This document shows positions 27,965 to 40,700 of a stretch of 64,000 nt of DNA, in pieces. Below the pieces are notes generated by a model that was not told where the DNA came from, made no database searches, and saw only the letters and a list, made by a program, of their open reading frames with translations. This DNA is from Caecitellus pseudoparvulus (taxonomy: Eukaryota > Protista > Bigyra: Bicosoecida). The DNA lies in assembly GCA_965644315.1 (NCBI GenBank), contig CBFFRQ010000069.1:1116001-1180000 (forward strand), read 5' to 3'. Each line of letters starts with the position of its first letter. Within the stretch, counting starts at the first letter, position 1. Made by a program: the position numbers and the translations under genes.

Positions 27965-30900
27965 ATGGTTTGGTTCGTTCAGGTAGCATTTGCTGCAGTG
28001 GCTGTGGCAGTTTGCCACGCCCAGCTCGTTGAAGTCGGGCAGCACGAGTGGATGCGAAAGCACGTTGGAGATGTCCAAACAGCAGCTCTTGTCCACCGCT
28101 CGTTCTTCGCCAGCTCACGACAGGGTGCGCTTGCGTCGGTGTCGGCGCGCACAGGCAACCTGAAGTGGAGGCAGACCATCGAGAAAGGTAAGTTTGCGCC
28201 ACTCACACGCCCCAAGGAACAGCCATGCCGATCCTGGCTGTTGTTGATGGCCCTGAGCCTGTGCATGATTTTGCCTTGGCCTCCCTCTCAGGTTCACTCT
28301 TGCGCGACCTCACGGCATCCAGTTCCTCAGTCACTGCGGCATTGACAGGCGCACCTGCAGGGCTCTGCTTTGTTCGTCAATGGGAAGCGGACTCTGGAAC
28401 TCTCGTCTGGGACGATGTAGTACGCGTATCTGCGACGGGGTCCACGGGCTCCCCGGTGCCTGCTCCTGTTCAAGTTGCTACACTTGTTGGGGAAGGAGAC
28501 GTGGAGGTGAGTGCGGAAATTGACGACGCTGACAGCTGTGCCAGTCACTGCCTGTGTTCGTTGCTGCTTTGGCGCAGACTGTCGCCCTTTGCGGCACCAT
28601 GCTCCAGGGCTGGGCTAAGCACGGGCGTCCAGCATGGAGCTGGTCATTGCCTCCCATGAAGTCGGCACATACTGCGGCGCACGTGCTGGGCATGGTGCAC
28701 AGCCGCGGAGCGGTGTATGTTGGAGTGTTGTTGGTAGCTTCAAAGGGGCAGGGCTCCATTGAGGTGCACGTGCTTCGTGCAAAGACAGGAGAACTGCTGA
28801 GGACCACCCCACTGGACGCCTTTTCTGATGAGGATTCATTGGCATCTGAGGCCATGGGGGGACGCTTCGCGCTGGCTGTCACCAGCCGAGGTGCCATGGC
28901 AGCTTTGATCACCGCGAATGGAAGTGTGTCAGCTGTCGGTCTTGCTGAAGGTGAAACATACTCTGTGTCTGGCACCGCTGGGCCGTGGAAGTCTATCCAA
29001 ACTCTTCAAGCTGCTGGGTTCAAGGGTGAAGCAGCCGCACCAGAAGCGTTTGAGCTGGTCGACCAAGTCGGGCACCACGCGGTGCTTGTGCCAAAGGACA
29101 CTGCTTTGGAGCTGGTTCGATTTTCACTGCGCACTCCTCATTCTGGGGTCTTCGCCGCCGCGTCACCCGGCGGGCTTGTGCTTGGAGCGAGGAGCGGCGC
29201 GCAGGTTGCAGTTCGGTTTGGGGACCAGGAGCACACATGGGCTGCCGGTTCCAGCGCAGGAAACTCCATAGTTGCAGCTTGGGCAAGTGTGTTTGCTCGG
29301 AAGCATGGCGTGGGCGTCCGGATGGTTGCCAAGCTTGAAAACTTGGGCCTGCGCGGGCAGACAGTCCTCTTCAGCGGGCATGAGGAAGCACTTGACGAGG
29401 AAGGCCCACGGAAGACTTCCCACAGTTGGAGCCGTGATGAAACTCTTTCAGCGGTAACGCACACCGTTGCTCTTGAGGCTGCTCCGTCAAGCTTGACGAA
29501 TGGGAAAACAAGCAGTGAGGACGGCAAGCATGCTGGCACCAGTTTGCATAGCGATCCAGCCTTGTCTTTCCAGTCCAGGATACAAGACCAAGCCTCAAGG
29601 GTTCCATCAGCACTAGCTTCATTTGCCGAGCTCCTCTCTACCATTGCGACGAATCCCGGTGCGGCGATTTTGCGGTGGGCGGCCAGCTCGAAGACCAACC
29701 GGGCAATGATGTCAGCCATCGGGCTCGAGCCTCCACCCACCCCCCGGACCCCTGCACCAGAGGCTTACGGATTTGACAAGACGCTGGTGATGCTTGCAAG
29801 GACAAGTCCTTCATCTGCGGAGCTTGTGGCAGTGCGTGCGGAAACAGGCCGGGAGCTGTGGCGCGTGCCTGGCTCAACCCTCGTAGCGGCCTCCTCTCAA
29901 CACACCCGGGAGGGCCAAATGACGTGCAATCTCATTGCGTCTCGAAAGCACCAGGCTGGTCAAGCTGCACCGGAAGTGATAGTGGTGCAGTCGTGGACGT
30001 CGGGGTCCACGCTCGTCTCTTGGCTGGATGGCTGGACCGGGGCTGTTCTTCGCCAGCAGGAGCTGAGCAGCCAAACTTCACATGTCATCGCCCTGGCAGC
30101 TGCGGCACCAGAGCTGGAAATGAGCACACCCATCCTCCTGTTAGGGCCGCTTGTTGAAGAAGACGGCCTCGTTTCTGTATCTGCGCACATGGCGCCAGCG
30201 CTCCCTGCCGTGGCCGCAGCCATCCAGGTGCTGCAACGTCAGATTATTGCCCATGTGCAGCACCCAACGCGGCCTGGGGCGCTCGTTGGTCTTCGATTCA
30301 GCGAACCACAGGCTTTCACCAGCTCGTCTCCGCTGGTGATGAGTGAGTCTTGGAGGGCATCCTCGCCGCTTGGCTCTGGTTTTACGAGCTCGTTTGCTTC
30401 ACTTCGGCCCAGGGATGATGCGCCCCCTGCCCCTGTCGGCCTGCCACTTGGAGATGATTCCGTTCTCATTCGATACCTTTCTCCTCACATTATTGCGCTG
30501 GTCAGCGAGAGCTCCGCCGGAGGCGGTGGGCCCCTGCCTGACTTGGTGTCGCCCGAAGCGAGCACTTTTGAGCAAGCAACTGCAAACGTTCATGGAGAAG
30601 GTGCTGGGGCTGCACATGTAAGTGGTGCAGCTCCGAATCACATCACTGTGCGACTCATTGACGCAGTGTCTGGGCGCACCTTGTTTGAGAAACAACATGT
30701 GGACTGTGCCGGTCCGGTTCACATCGTTCGGCTAGGAAACTGGGTGTCTTACTCATACTTGAACATGAGGACCGCTTCCTCTGAACTTTCGGTCATCGCA
30801 ATGTTTGCTGGTGCCCTTGGAGCTCATGAGGTCACTCCATGGGGAGGCGCTGACCAGCACTTGCCCGCATTTGAGTCCTCAGCGGACCGTGTGGAGCCTC

Positions 30901-31394
30901 AATCTGTGAAGATGCACACTTTCATTCTACCTCGCCAGCCCGCTCTGTTGGCGGCTTCCGAAACGCGGGAATCAATTACTCCTCAGCAAGTGCTGCTGGC
31001 CACTGAGAGCGGCTCAGTGATGGCGCTGCCTGCCCCACTGCTGGACCCTCGTCGCCCATTGGCCCCTCCGTCTGCCCACGAGAAAGCAGAGAAGCTGCTC
31101 CAATACGCACCGTTCCTGCCACTGTCCCACGAGGCCTTTGTGACGAAGGATGTGGTTGTGCCGCACATCACCCACCTGATTAGCACACCTACACAGCTGG
31201 AGTCAACGACCCTTGTCGTTGTTTGTGGACTGGACATTTTTGCCGGCAGACACCACCCCGTGAAAGCCTTTGATGTGTTGCCAGAAGATTTTAACGCGCC
31301 CCTTCTCATAGTGCTCATGGTGGCGCTTGCCGTCGGGACCGTGTACTTGCAACGACTGCTCAGGAGCAAGCAGCTGCGTGACAGCTGGAAGTAG
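27965..31394 (+). CDS. EMC1: ER membrane protein complex subunit 1, 3 exons, ~1084 aa
   Basis: Exons 27965-28187, 28292-28506, 28578-31394 (GTAAGT and GTGAGT donors). Signal peptide, then EVGQHEW..HVG and PQQ-like ARTGNLKWR. C-terminal EMC1 motifs DDSVLIRYLSPH, LIDAVSG, LLDPRRP, TQLESTTLVVVCGLDIF..P.KAFDVLPEDFN + TM + W. Confidence 0.93.
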
Positions 31395-31746
31395 CAAGCA
31401 GCCCTTGCAGGCAGGCGAATTCATGTGTGGTTCGCCCAGTGACAGTTTACATGGCCCCGGTCCCTCCCGTGCCGCAGCACCGCTCCACCTTTCCGTTGCC
31501 GCAAAGCCAGATCTCGAGCAAAAACGCAAGTCTAATAAGGCACAGAATTCCTGTGTGACCACCGTTGAAGCAAGCTTTGCTGCAGACACTCTCGAAGTGC
31601 CTGCTCTTTGTTGCGCGTGGTGCAGCTGCTGAAGCAGAGATAGGCTACTGCCGCACGCGTTTGAGGCCATGTGGCGCAGCACACGCTGCCTCGCACTCTG
31701 CGGCACACTGCTCCATTGCGGTCTCTCAATAGCTAAAGGTAGGATA

Positions 31747-34700
31747 ATGACTTCATTCTTGTTTTCCTTGGAGGGAAACGTGCTGCTCATGGCACTGCTG
31801 GCGATCGTGCATACTGCTGCGTTTCGTGTCTATGGTGTTTCGCCCAGAGCTGCAGCTGCAGCGCTCTCTCTGCCACGTGCACCCCTACCCGCCCCCACAG
31901 GATCAACACTAGAATCTGTCAGCCACCTAGAAGAGCATCGCTCAGGTATGCTTTGCTTGTGTGCAGCAGCAGCGCGTTTCCAGCAGCCTGAGCGGCACTG
32001 TGAGCACTTCCGCGTGCCACGCACTTGCAATGCGCAGGTCCTGGAGCGCCAGCTACTGTGGATCTCTTTGTCGCCTCCTCTTCTGCGCTCAGAGTTGATT
32101 TCACTCCACCAGAGGATGACGGAGGAGCATCAGTCACAGCGTTCAAAGTTGAGTGGGACACGGCGCCACCAGTTCAAGAGATTCAGGTGATCAGCACCTC
32201 CCTTGACCTGGGGCCAAATGAGATTCAAGAAGTCTCAACTTCAGGCATTCATGAAGATGAAGTCCAAGTGATCAAAACATCAGTCGATGAACTTCCCGAA
32301 GTCCAGATTGTCTCGACTTCTGCTGCGCCTGGTGAAGTGCTTGGAGGCTCTTTCTCACTCCTACTTGACTTGTCTTCACGCGGAGGGGCAAGGTTCACCT
32401 CAGGAAGCATTCCTCACCACGCAACGTCAGCACAGTTTGCAGCCCTGCTCGAGGCTATGCCCCCAATTGAACGGGCCAATGTGAGCCGGGCGGGCCCAAA
32501 TGGAGAGGGGGGCTACCAGTGGACAGTCACGTTTCTTTCACTTCACGGTGATGTCCCCGAGCTTGCCGTGGCCACATCCTCGTTGACTGGAACGGGTTCA
32601 GAAGTCAGCATTCGCACCGTTCAAGACGGGATGACCATCAGCGGCTCCTTCAAGTTGGCATTCCAAGGAGCAGAGACAGCGGCAATCCCTCACGACGCAA
32701 GTGACGCAGAGCTCGCTACGGCTCTCATGGATCTGGTGAGCATTCCGTCGGTAGAGGTAAACAAGGTGTTCGAGGATGCAAGCGGGGGCTCGGAGTGGGC
32801 TGTAACATTCAACAGCCCATACAATCGGGGAGACGTTCCTTCGCTGACAGCAGTCTCGATGCTGAATGGCCCGAATCCAAGCATATCCATTTGCTCGGAT
32901 GGCAGCCAGACTGGGATTTGTCAGAACACGACGACCCTGTCCAGGAGGGGAAATGAGCTGGCAGGCTCTTTCTCTCTGGCATTCGGGGGGCAAGAAACAG
33001 GCCCCATCCCTCACAATGTCAGCGCAGCTGGGCTCAAGGGGGCTCTGGAGAGCCTTAGCGGCATCGGTACAGTCGATGTGAGCCAGGGACCAGTCGATCA
33101 GACGGGGGGGTCAAGTTGGCAAGTCCTCTTTGCTACAGATGCCGGAAACCTCCCGCTCTTGTCTGCTCGGTCCTTCCTCACAGGCACGGGCGCGACAGTG
33201 CAAGTCAACACTGTTCACAACGGCACTGTACAAGAACAACAGCGCCTTTCGCTGGATCCCGCTGCTTCTGGGCAGTTTGGTATTGTGCTCCCCAGCCCTT
33301 GGTTTGCTGTGGCAGTATCCCCTGCCATTTGGATCGAAGCAGGCAATTGCACCCAAACTGCAAACAATGTCAGAGCCGCGCTGCAGGCGACAGTTAGTGT
33401 CGGCGCCGTGAATGTGGCATGTGCCTCTGACAGTCTGCTGGACATGGTGATCACTTTCATGGAGAAGGCTGGCGACTTTCCGCTGGTAGGACTGCAAACA
33501 GTCCCAGCCCCCAACTTCCCAAACCTTACAGTCCCCTACTCAGGACAGCCGCCGATGGTCACTGGCGTTGTTGATGGCACAGGTGTGAAGCTTGGAGGGA
33601 TGCTTGCTCTTTCCCACGGTGGAGAGCGAACTGGTTACCTCCCATTCAACGCTTCAGCTTCCCAGCTGCAGTCTGCGCTTCAGGCCATCCCATCGCTGGG
33701 CCGGGTTCAGGTGTCACGGGCAACGTCAGGTCCTAACGACGAGCAATCATGGTCTGTCACCTTTGTGGATGCAGTCGGGCCACAACAGCTGATAGGGCTT
33801 GATGCTGTTACTCTCACTGGCACGCGTGTTTCGGCCTCTGTGCGGAAGCAGCGAGAGGGAACCTTGCCTGGCTTCAATCAAGGTCCTGGAGGACTTGCCT
33901 TCGGCAGTGCCGTCGTTACAGACCTGACTGTATCAAGCTACATGATCGATAACCTCCGTCAAGGTGTCCCGTACTTTGTCCGTGTGTCAGCAGCAACTGC
34001 AGCAGGCTACGGTCCAGCCAGGGTCGCTCAGCCAGCAAGCGGCACCCCTTTTCCACAGCTCCCAGCAGGACCGCAAGAGGTGAGCTTGCAGTCAAAGTCT
34101 GGAGATTCTTTGGTGGTGTCTTTTCTGCCTACTCCTGACGATGGAGGTCTCGAGATTGTTGAGTACTTGGTGGAGCTCGATACAGCCCCATTTGCCGACG
34201 AGATTCAAGAAGTGGAGGTTACAACAGCTGTCACCAACGAGGTGCAGAGAGTCACGACCGCGGCAAACGATGAAGATGAAGTGCAGGTCATCCGGTTACT
34301 ATCGACTGCTTCTTCGACCAATATTGTCAATGAGGTTCAGGCCGTTGCGTGCAATGGTGTGGGGGGCGCATTCCGCCTGAACTTTGACGGCCACTTTACG
34401 GACGCGATATCGTTTGACGCCCCCCTTACATCGACTGGCCGCGGAGATTCTGTCGAAGAGGCCTTGGAGCGACTGCCTAACCTTGTCGATGTAATGGTTG
34501 AAAATTCTGGTGGACCCTCGGCTTCTCAGCAAGTGGCGTGTGCTGGCGGAACGCCACAGGAAGTCTTGGTTACCTTCATCGACACACTGCCTTTCCAAGG
34601 GGATGTACCCTTAATGACTGCAGACTTCGAAAGTCTGGAAGGGTTCAAGCATATCTCAATTAGTGAAGTGACGCAAGGCTCCGCGCCACTCTCCGGCAAC

Positions 34701-37700
34701 TTCGACTTGCACTTTGCCGGTGCCACCACAAGTATTGCCGTGACTGCATCTGCTGCCCAAGTGCAAAACGCCCTCACTGCCCTGCCCGCCATTGATGATG
34801 TCATAGTTGTAGAGCAGCTGAGCACAGCCTGCCCGTCCAGCGTAGGATGTGTGGATTGGCTTGTTTCTTTCACTGGCTCACAGGTAGGCGGCGATGTTCC
34901 CGCCTTGGAGGCCACGTGGGATACCCTGAAGGGAAACGGGGCCGCCGTTTCTATCTGCAGCGGGTCCTCTTGCACAGGCGCCCATCCCCTGCCATCTTCT
35001 GCTTTCCATGATGGAAATGAGCTGCGTGGCACGTTTTCTCTCTCATTGCTTGGCCACTCGACGCCGGAACTTCCCTTCGACGTGTCAGACACGGTGCTGC
35101 AGTCTGCTTTGAATTCTCTCCCAAACGTTGGATCCGTGAATGTGAGCAGAAGCATGCCAGATGAGCAAGGTGGATACTCCTGGGATGTGGAGTTTACCAG
35201 CCTTCCTGGGTCCTTCCCGCCCGGGAGCGGCAACGCCGCTCAGCTGGAGGTCGATGCGTCAAACCTTCAAGGGGTTGGGGCTCAAGCTGCCGTGTCCACT
35301 ATTCAGGACGGCTCACCGGGCCTTAGCGGCTCATTCTCTCTGGCGATGGGAAGTGACGAAACTGAACGTCTCCGCTTTGACGCGACTGCGGGCGAGGTGC
35401 GGGGAGCGCTTGAAAGGCTGACCAGTGTTGGCTCTGTTGAGGTTCAACGACGCACGACGTCGACTGGATTCAAGTGGCAGATAACTTTCGCGGGCTGTCG
35501 TGCATTGCCCCCCATTAACATTTTTGGTGAGAATGTGCAACAGTGCAGTCCAGGGAACCTCCCTGAGATTGCTGTAGACACGACCCAGCTTCAGGATATG
35601 GGCTTGAGTTCACCATCTGCGAAGCAGGTGCAGGCTGGGTCTGGAGATGGACCTGAGTACACCGTGCGCAGCTTCCGGGACCTCACAAGTCCCCTGCCGT
35701 ACCAGGTCCAATTTGAGGGCCTTCGACAAGGTGCTTTGTACTATGTTCGCGTCGCGACAAGGTCCCTGCTCTCGGCCGGCACTCGAGTACTGTCCTCCCC
35801 TCCTTCATTGGCTCCTTCCAACCAAGTGCCTTCCGCACCACCAGCCCCCGCACTGAGCTCTTCGACACCAAACTCCCTCTTCTTGAACTGGGAAGCACCC
35901 TTGCACACTGGAGGAGCACCGATCACCGGCTATCAGCTTCAGATGAACACCTGGGCGGGCGGGGAAGAGTGGCAGCTTGTGTACGACGGAACACTCGCTG
36001 CTAGCACGCGAAGTGCAGAGGTGTCAAAGCCTATGATTGAGGCTGGTAGACGGTATCGATTTCGAGTATTGGCTATGAACAGTGTTGGGTCATCTCTGCC
36101 TTCAGAAGTGGGAATTTTTGCAGCACGGGCCCCAGTGGAGCCGATGCCACCTCCTTTGCCTCAACCGTGGACCGGGACAGGCCACGGGCTTCCTCAAATC
36201 TCCGGTGATGCTGTGGTCGCAGCATTGCTTTCACCACCGCACGACAATGGAGGATCACAAGTGCTGGACTTTAGTGTCAAAGTTGTCGGTGCAGGCTTGC
36301 AGACCGCAACAGAAGCCACCATGGGTGACCTTGAGCAGCAGTTGGTGCGCGTGGACTTGTCGCATGGCACTTCCGGGGTGTTCCGTCTGAGTTACGGGGA
36401 ATGGGAAACGCGAGCGCTCTCTGTTTCTAACATTTCGCAGCTCCTTGACATGAACGACGTCGCTGCAGAGTTTGAGGGCGCTTTTTCAGCAGGGGGGGGG
36501 TTCGGAGGTCTTGTACTAGCGACTGCAGCGTCCTCTGGACCTGTGCTGCAGGTGACGCTTACCTTCACAGGTGTTGGGGGGAGCCTTCCGAATCTGAGAA
36601 TAACTTCCGAGGATTTGGCCAGTCCTTCTGCTGTCTCCGTTTCGCCCGTTTCCGCAGGTGCAGGCCAACCTCTTGTGCAGCAGTTTGTAGCAACAGCCAC
36701 TGGTGTGCCTGCTGCCGCTTCGGTTGAGTTCCGATCCTCTGATGGACAATCGGCGATCGTGTCTCTCGATGACCCCGCTCATTCGGTCGCGTCTGCTTTA
36801 TCTTCGATGGGCCGGCGGGTTAGCTGCTTCATTCGTACCCCCTCCTCTGCCCAGCGAATCTACATCATCGTGACCCACGGTGGAATGCCCGTTACCGCCG
36901 ACCCGGCACTCTCCGCACTGGCGACAGGTGCTCAAGTGGAGACTACCGTGCTGAAGAAACGGAGCTTCGTGCATGTTGAGTACGGGTTGCTGGAGGGGTC
37001 TGTCTATCAATTGACTGCCCGAGTGAGAAACGCAGTGGGCTGGTCTGGGGAGAGTGGCCAAGCCAGCATCCTTGCAGCTTCTGCACCGTACGCACAACCC
37101 GCACCTTCCTACACTGATGTTCAACCAACAAGCATTGCCTTAGAGTGGGCTGCTCCTGGCCAAGACGGGGGGTCACCTGTGACTGGATTCAAGGTTTTCA
37201 TGTTCCCATCTGTCCCACGCAACACGGCCGCACGCCCACAAGCTGTCGATGTAGAGTCACAACGAGTTGAATTGTCTGTTACAGCCCCCACAGATGAGAT
37301 TCAGCGGATCGAAGTCAATGCTTCGAGTGGCTCTTTCTCCGTCTTGTACACGAGCAGATCCAGTGGAGCAGTGGTCAACGCTGGACCACTGGATGTACAA
37401 GACGGGCTCTCAAACGTTGCCCTTCTTCAGTCTTCCTTCCGAGCGCACTGCCGCCAAGTGCCGGAGCTTTGCAATGTTGTTGTGACCAATGGAGCTGGTG
37501 TGGCCCCACTGGCATTGCATGTGCAGTGGCCAAGTATTCATGGTGACATTCCCACGCTTGGCGTCATCGACGGCACTCTGGACCCGCAGAACAGCGTGTC
37601 CGCATCGGAGCTCGTGAGAGGTGGATCAACGCTTGGAGGTGACTTCACTCTGTCGATGGGAGGCCTACATACAAGGCACATCTCTGTGGCAGCATCAGCG

Positions 37701-40700
37701 AGCACTCTTCAGGCGGAGTTAGAGAGCTTGGGTTCGATTGGGCAGGTAATTGTGCAAGGCCCTCACAAGCTCGACGGCCACGGTTCGGTGGCATGGGACA
37801 TCTTGTTCGTTGACTCTGTGGGGAACCTCCCGCAGCTGCAAGTCTCGTCAGGGCGCCTCGAAGGGAAGAATGCCTTCGGTCGCGTGTTCACGGTGGTGGA
37901 TGGCTCAACCGCAGTTCTGGCTTGGGATGGAACAGGCAAGGCAAACACTCACTCCGCTTTGATCCATGGTTTAGTTCCGGATAACACGTACGCCTTCAAG
38001 GTTGTTCCCCTCAATGCTGCCGGCAATGGAGTGCCGTCTGCAGCCTCCCAGACGGTCGTGACTAGATCTGGCGCCTCAGCCGCTCACTCAACGGCCAGAG
38101 GTGCTGCGCTGCGCCAAGGCATGGCAGGGGTCGTGTTTGAGCAGCAGCAGGTGCTCGTCATGGCACAAGGCTCGCCGAGTAACCTCGTGGGTGCTTCTTT
38201 CAAGCTCCGTCTGGGAAGTCATGGCGCTTTGTCGGAGCCCATCTCGGCAGCTGCTAGCCCAAGTGATGTTGAGCGTGCATTGTCTGGATTGTCGTTCACA
38301 GATGGCGTCTCATCGTCGACCATCATGAATGTCAGGGTGTCACGCGCAACACATGAATCTGATGGTAGTGCCTTTACCATCACCTTCCTGGGAAATCCTG
38401 GAAATCTTCCAGAGTTGCAACCACTTGAAGAGCTTGGTTTTGCTGGTGGTGCTCACGTGCAGGTCAGGGAGTTCGTGGAAGGCTCTGCGAATCAGTTCGT
38501 CATTGAACCCAGAAAGGCCAACGGCCAAGTGGTCCGCGACATCTTGACAGCAGAGGGCTTCAGCGGCTCGGATGTGTTCCTTACCGAATTGTGGGACGAT
38601 GCCGAGCAAGGCGAGCAAGGGACGCACACTTGGGCTGCTGATGGTGAAGTGGCCTCGTACAACCCGCCTGTGTATGAGATCCAGCATGTCACGCTTCGCA
38701 CTCCCGTGGGGGCACAGGCAACTTCTTTCTTGTTGGAGTTTGGGAATGCGCTCTACCCGCTTGGTGTTCACACGACGAGCGTCTTGAACGCCTCCTCATC
38801 CGCGGGTGACCTGCAAACTGCCCTCCAGCTTCTCCCAGGCTTGGGGGCTGTTGACGTGACAAGGACTGAAACTTTGGGTACGCTTTCAACGACAGTCTGG
38901 GCTGTTACTTTCCTCGGTACGCTTGGAGATGTTCCGTTGATGCGAGGCCTCGCGGTTTCGCTGAGCCAGAATGCTTCCGTGCTCGTCACGCCCCAGCAGG
39001 ATGGCGTGGCTGAGGTGCAAACTGTGACAACCTCCTCGACAAGTCAGTACGTGCCAGAGATACAGCGTCTGTCTTTCTTGGGGTTCTCTGGGGATGTGTT
39101 TGACCCTTCTGGGCCTAGTGCAGTCTTCTCGATTGACTATGAAGGAGGAGCGGTGGATGTTGACACTTCCGTTGATACGCCTTCCTCCTTGGAGGAAAAG
39201 CTGGAGGCATTGCCCGGAATCGACGACGTGGAGGTGCTTTGGAATGTTCAAGATAGTGTGCTGGATGTTTCCTTCCATCAGCCCACGGGTGATGTCAGCG
39301 CGATATCAGCTTCGCTTCTGTCCTCAAGTGATGGGTGCGCCGCCACGAGTGCATGCAAGCTTGTCTGTGACGAAGCCCGCAAAGGCTCCACGGCCATGCA
39401 GGGCACTTTTGTTCTGGCCTTCGGTGAAGGTGATGGGAGTGTCTCGGGCAGTATTCGACATGATGCTACTGCCGCCGAGGTGCAGTCCGCGCTGGATTCA
39501 CTGGCGCCCATTGGTGGCACAGCAGTGCAACGGCACCGCTTTGGATCGAATGGCTTCAGATGGACTGTCACATTTATCAAGAACGCGGGAAATCTTCCAA
39601 TGCTGCAGGCACTGCCCCAAGTGCATGAGATCCAGAGGATTGAATTGACGGGGGGCAGCCCGACGCCGATTCAAGGCGGCTTCTCACTTCTACTTGGACA
39701 CGAAAGAACTGCTGTCCTTCCTTTCGATGCGACGGCAGATGAAGTGAAGAACGAACTGCAAGGCCTGAACGCCCTGCACCATGTCGAGGTCTCGAGACAA
39801 GGGCCCATCGGAAACGGCCAGTTTTCTTGGACAGTCACGTTCCGGGACCCTGCGGGGGACGTGCCAGCGCTTCAAGCGGATGGAACTCACCTGCAGGGCT
39901 CCTCCGCCGAAATCACCGTTGAGACTCTGGAGGAAGGAGTGTCCAGAAGTCTTGTAGGCCCACAGGCGTCAGTGCGCGTCGAAGAGCGCGTCGCTGGCCT
40001 TCCAAGCTACACAGGAAGGTACACCCCTGCTCAAGTCGGGCCGTACTTCCTGGCGGTGCGCCAACTCCTGCCGGGGGGCCTCCAAGCGAGCTACTATGAC
40101 AACCAGTGGCTTCAAGGGGCGGCATCAATGACTCGCACAGACCCTGTCATTGACTTCAACTGGGGCACAGGTCTGGTCACTCATTTTGGTAGAGACTATG
40201 TCTCTGCAAGGTGGCACGGGAAAATCGTGCATGCCCGCTCAGAGGTTGTAGCTCTGCACCTTTCTGGAGACGAGGGATTCCGCCTTTACTTTGACCATGA
40301 ACTCGTCATTGACAGGTGGGACTCATGCTGCTCGCCAGCCCATGCCAAGGTAAACTTCACGGCGAAGGCTTTCCACGACTTGAAGGTCGAGTTTCGGGAG
40401 CAGCTAGGGCCAGCATTCATCAGGTTGCAGTGGACTTCAGACACACTGCCACTGGAAGTTATTCCTCCAACAGCACTGTACTCGGCTGAACACATTCTTG
40501 GTTCACCGTTCAGCCTTGAGGTAGTGCCGGGTGCTGCCGACTACCCGTTCACTGATGCGAATGGTGCCGGCCTGTCCCACGCTGTGGCTGGGGTCACCTC
40601 TAGCTTCATTATTCAGGCAAAAGACTCTGTCGGTAGCAACAAGACTTCTGGTGGTGATTCCTTCTCTGTTACATTGGAAGGGGGCGCAGGCCCCATCCCG

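Noticed and set aside
31669-32190. Stand-alone 173-aa ORF
   Set aside because: It is exon 1 of the giant gene read through the 31946-32037 intron and into the wrong frame.
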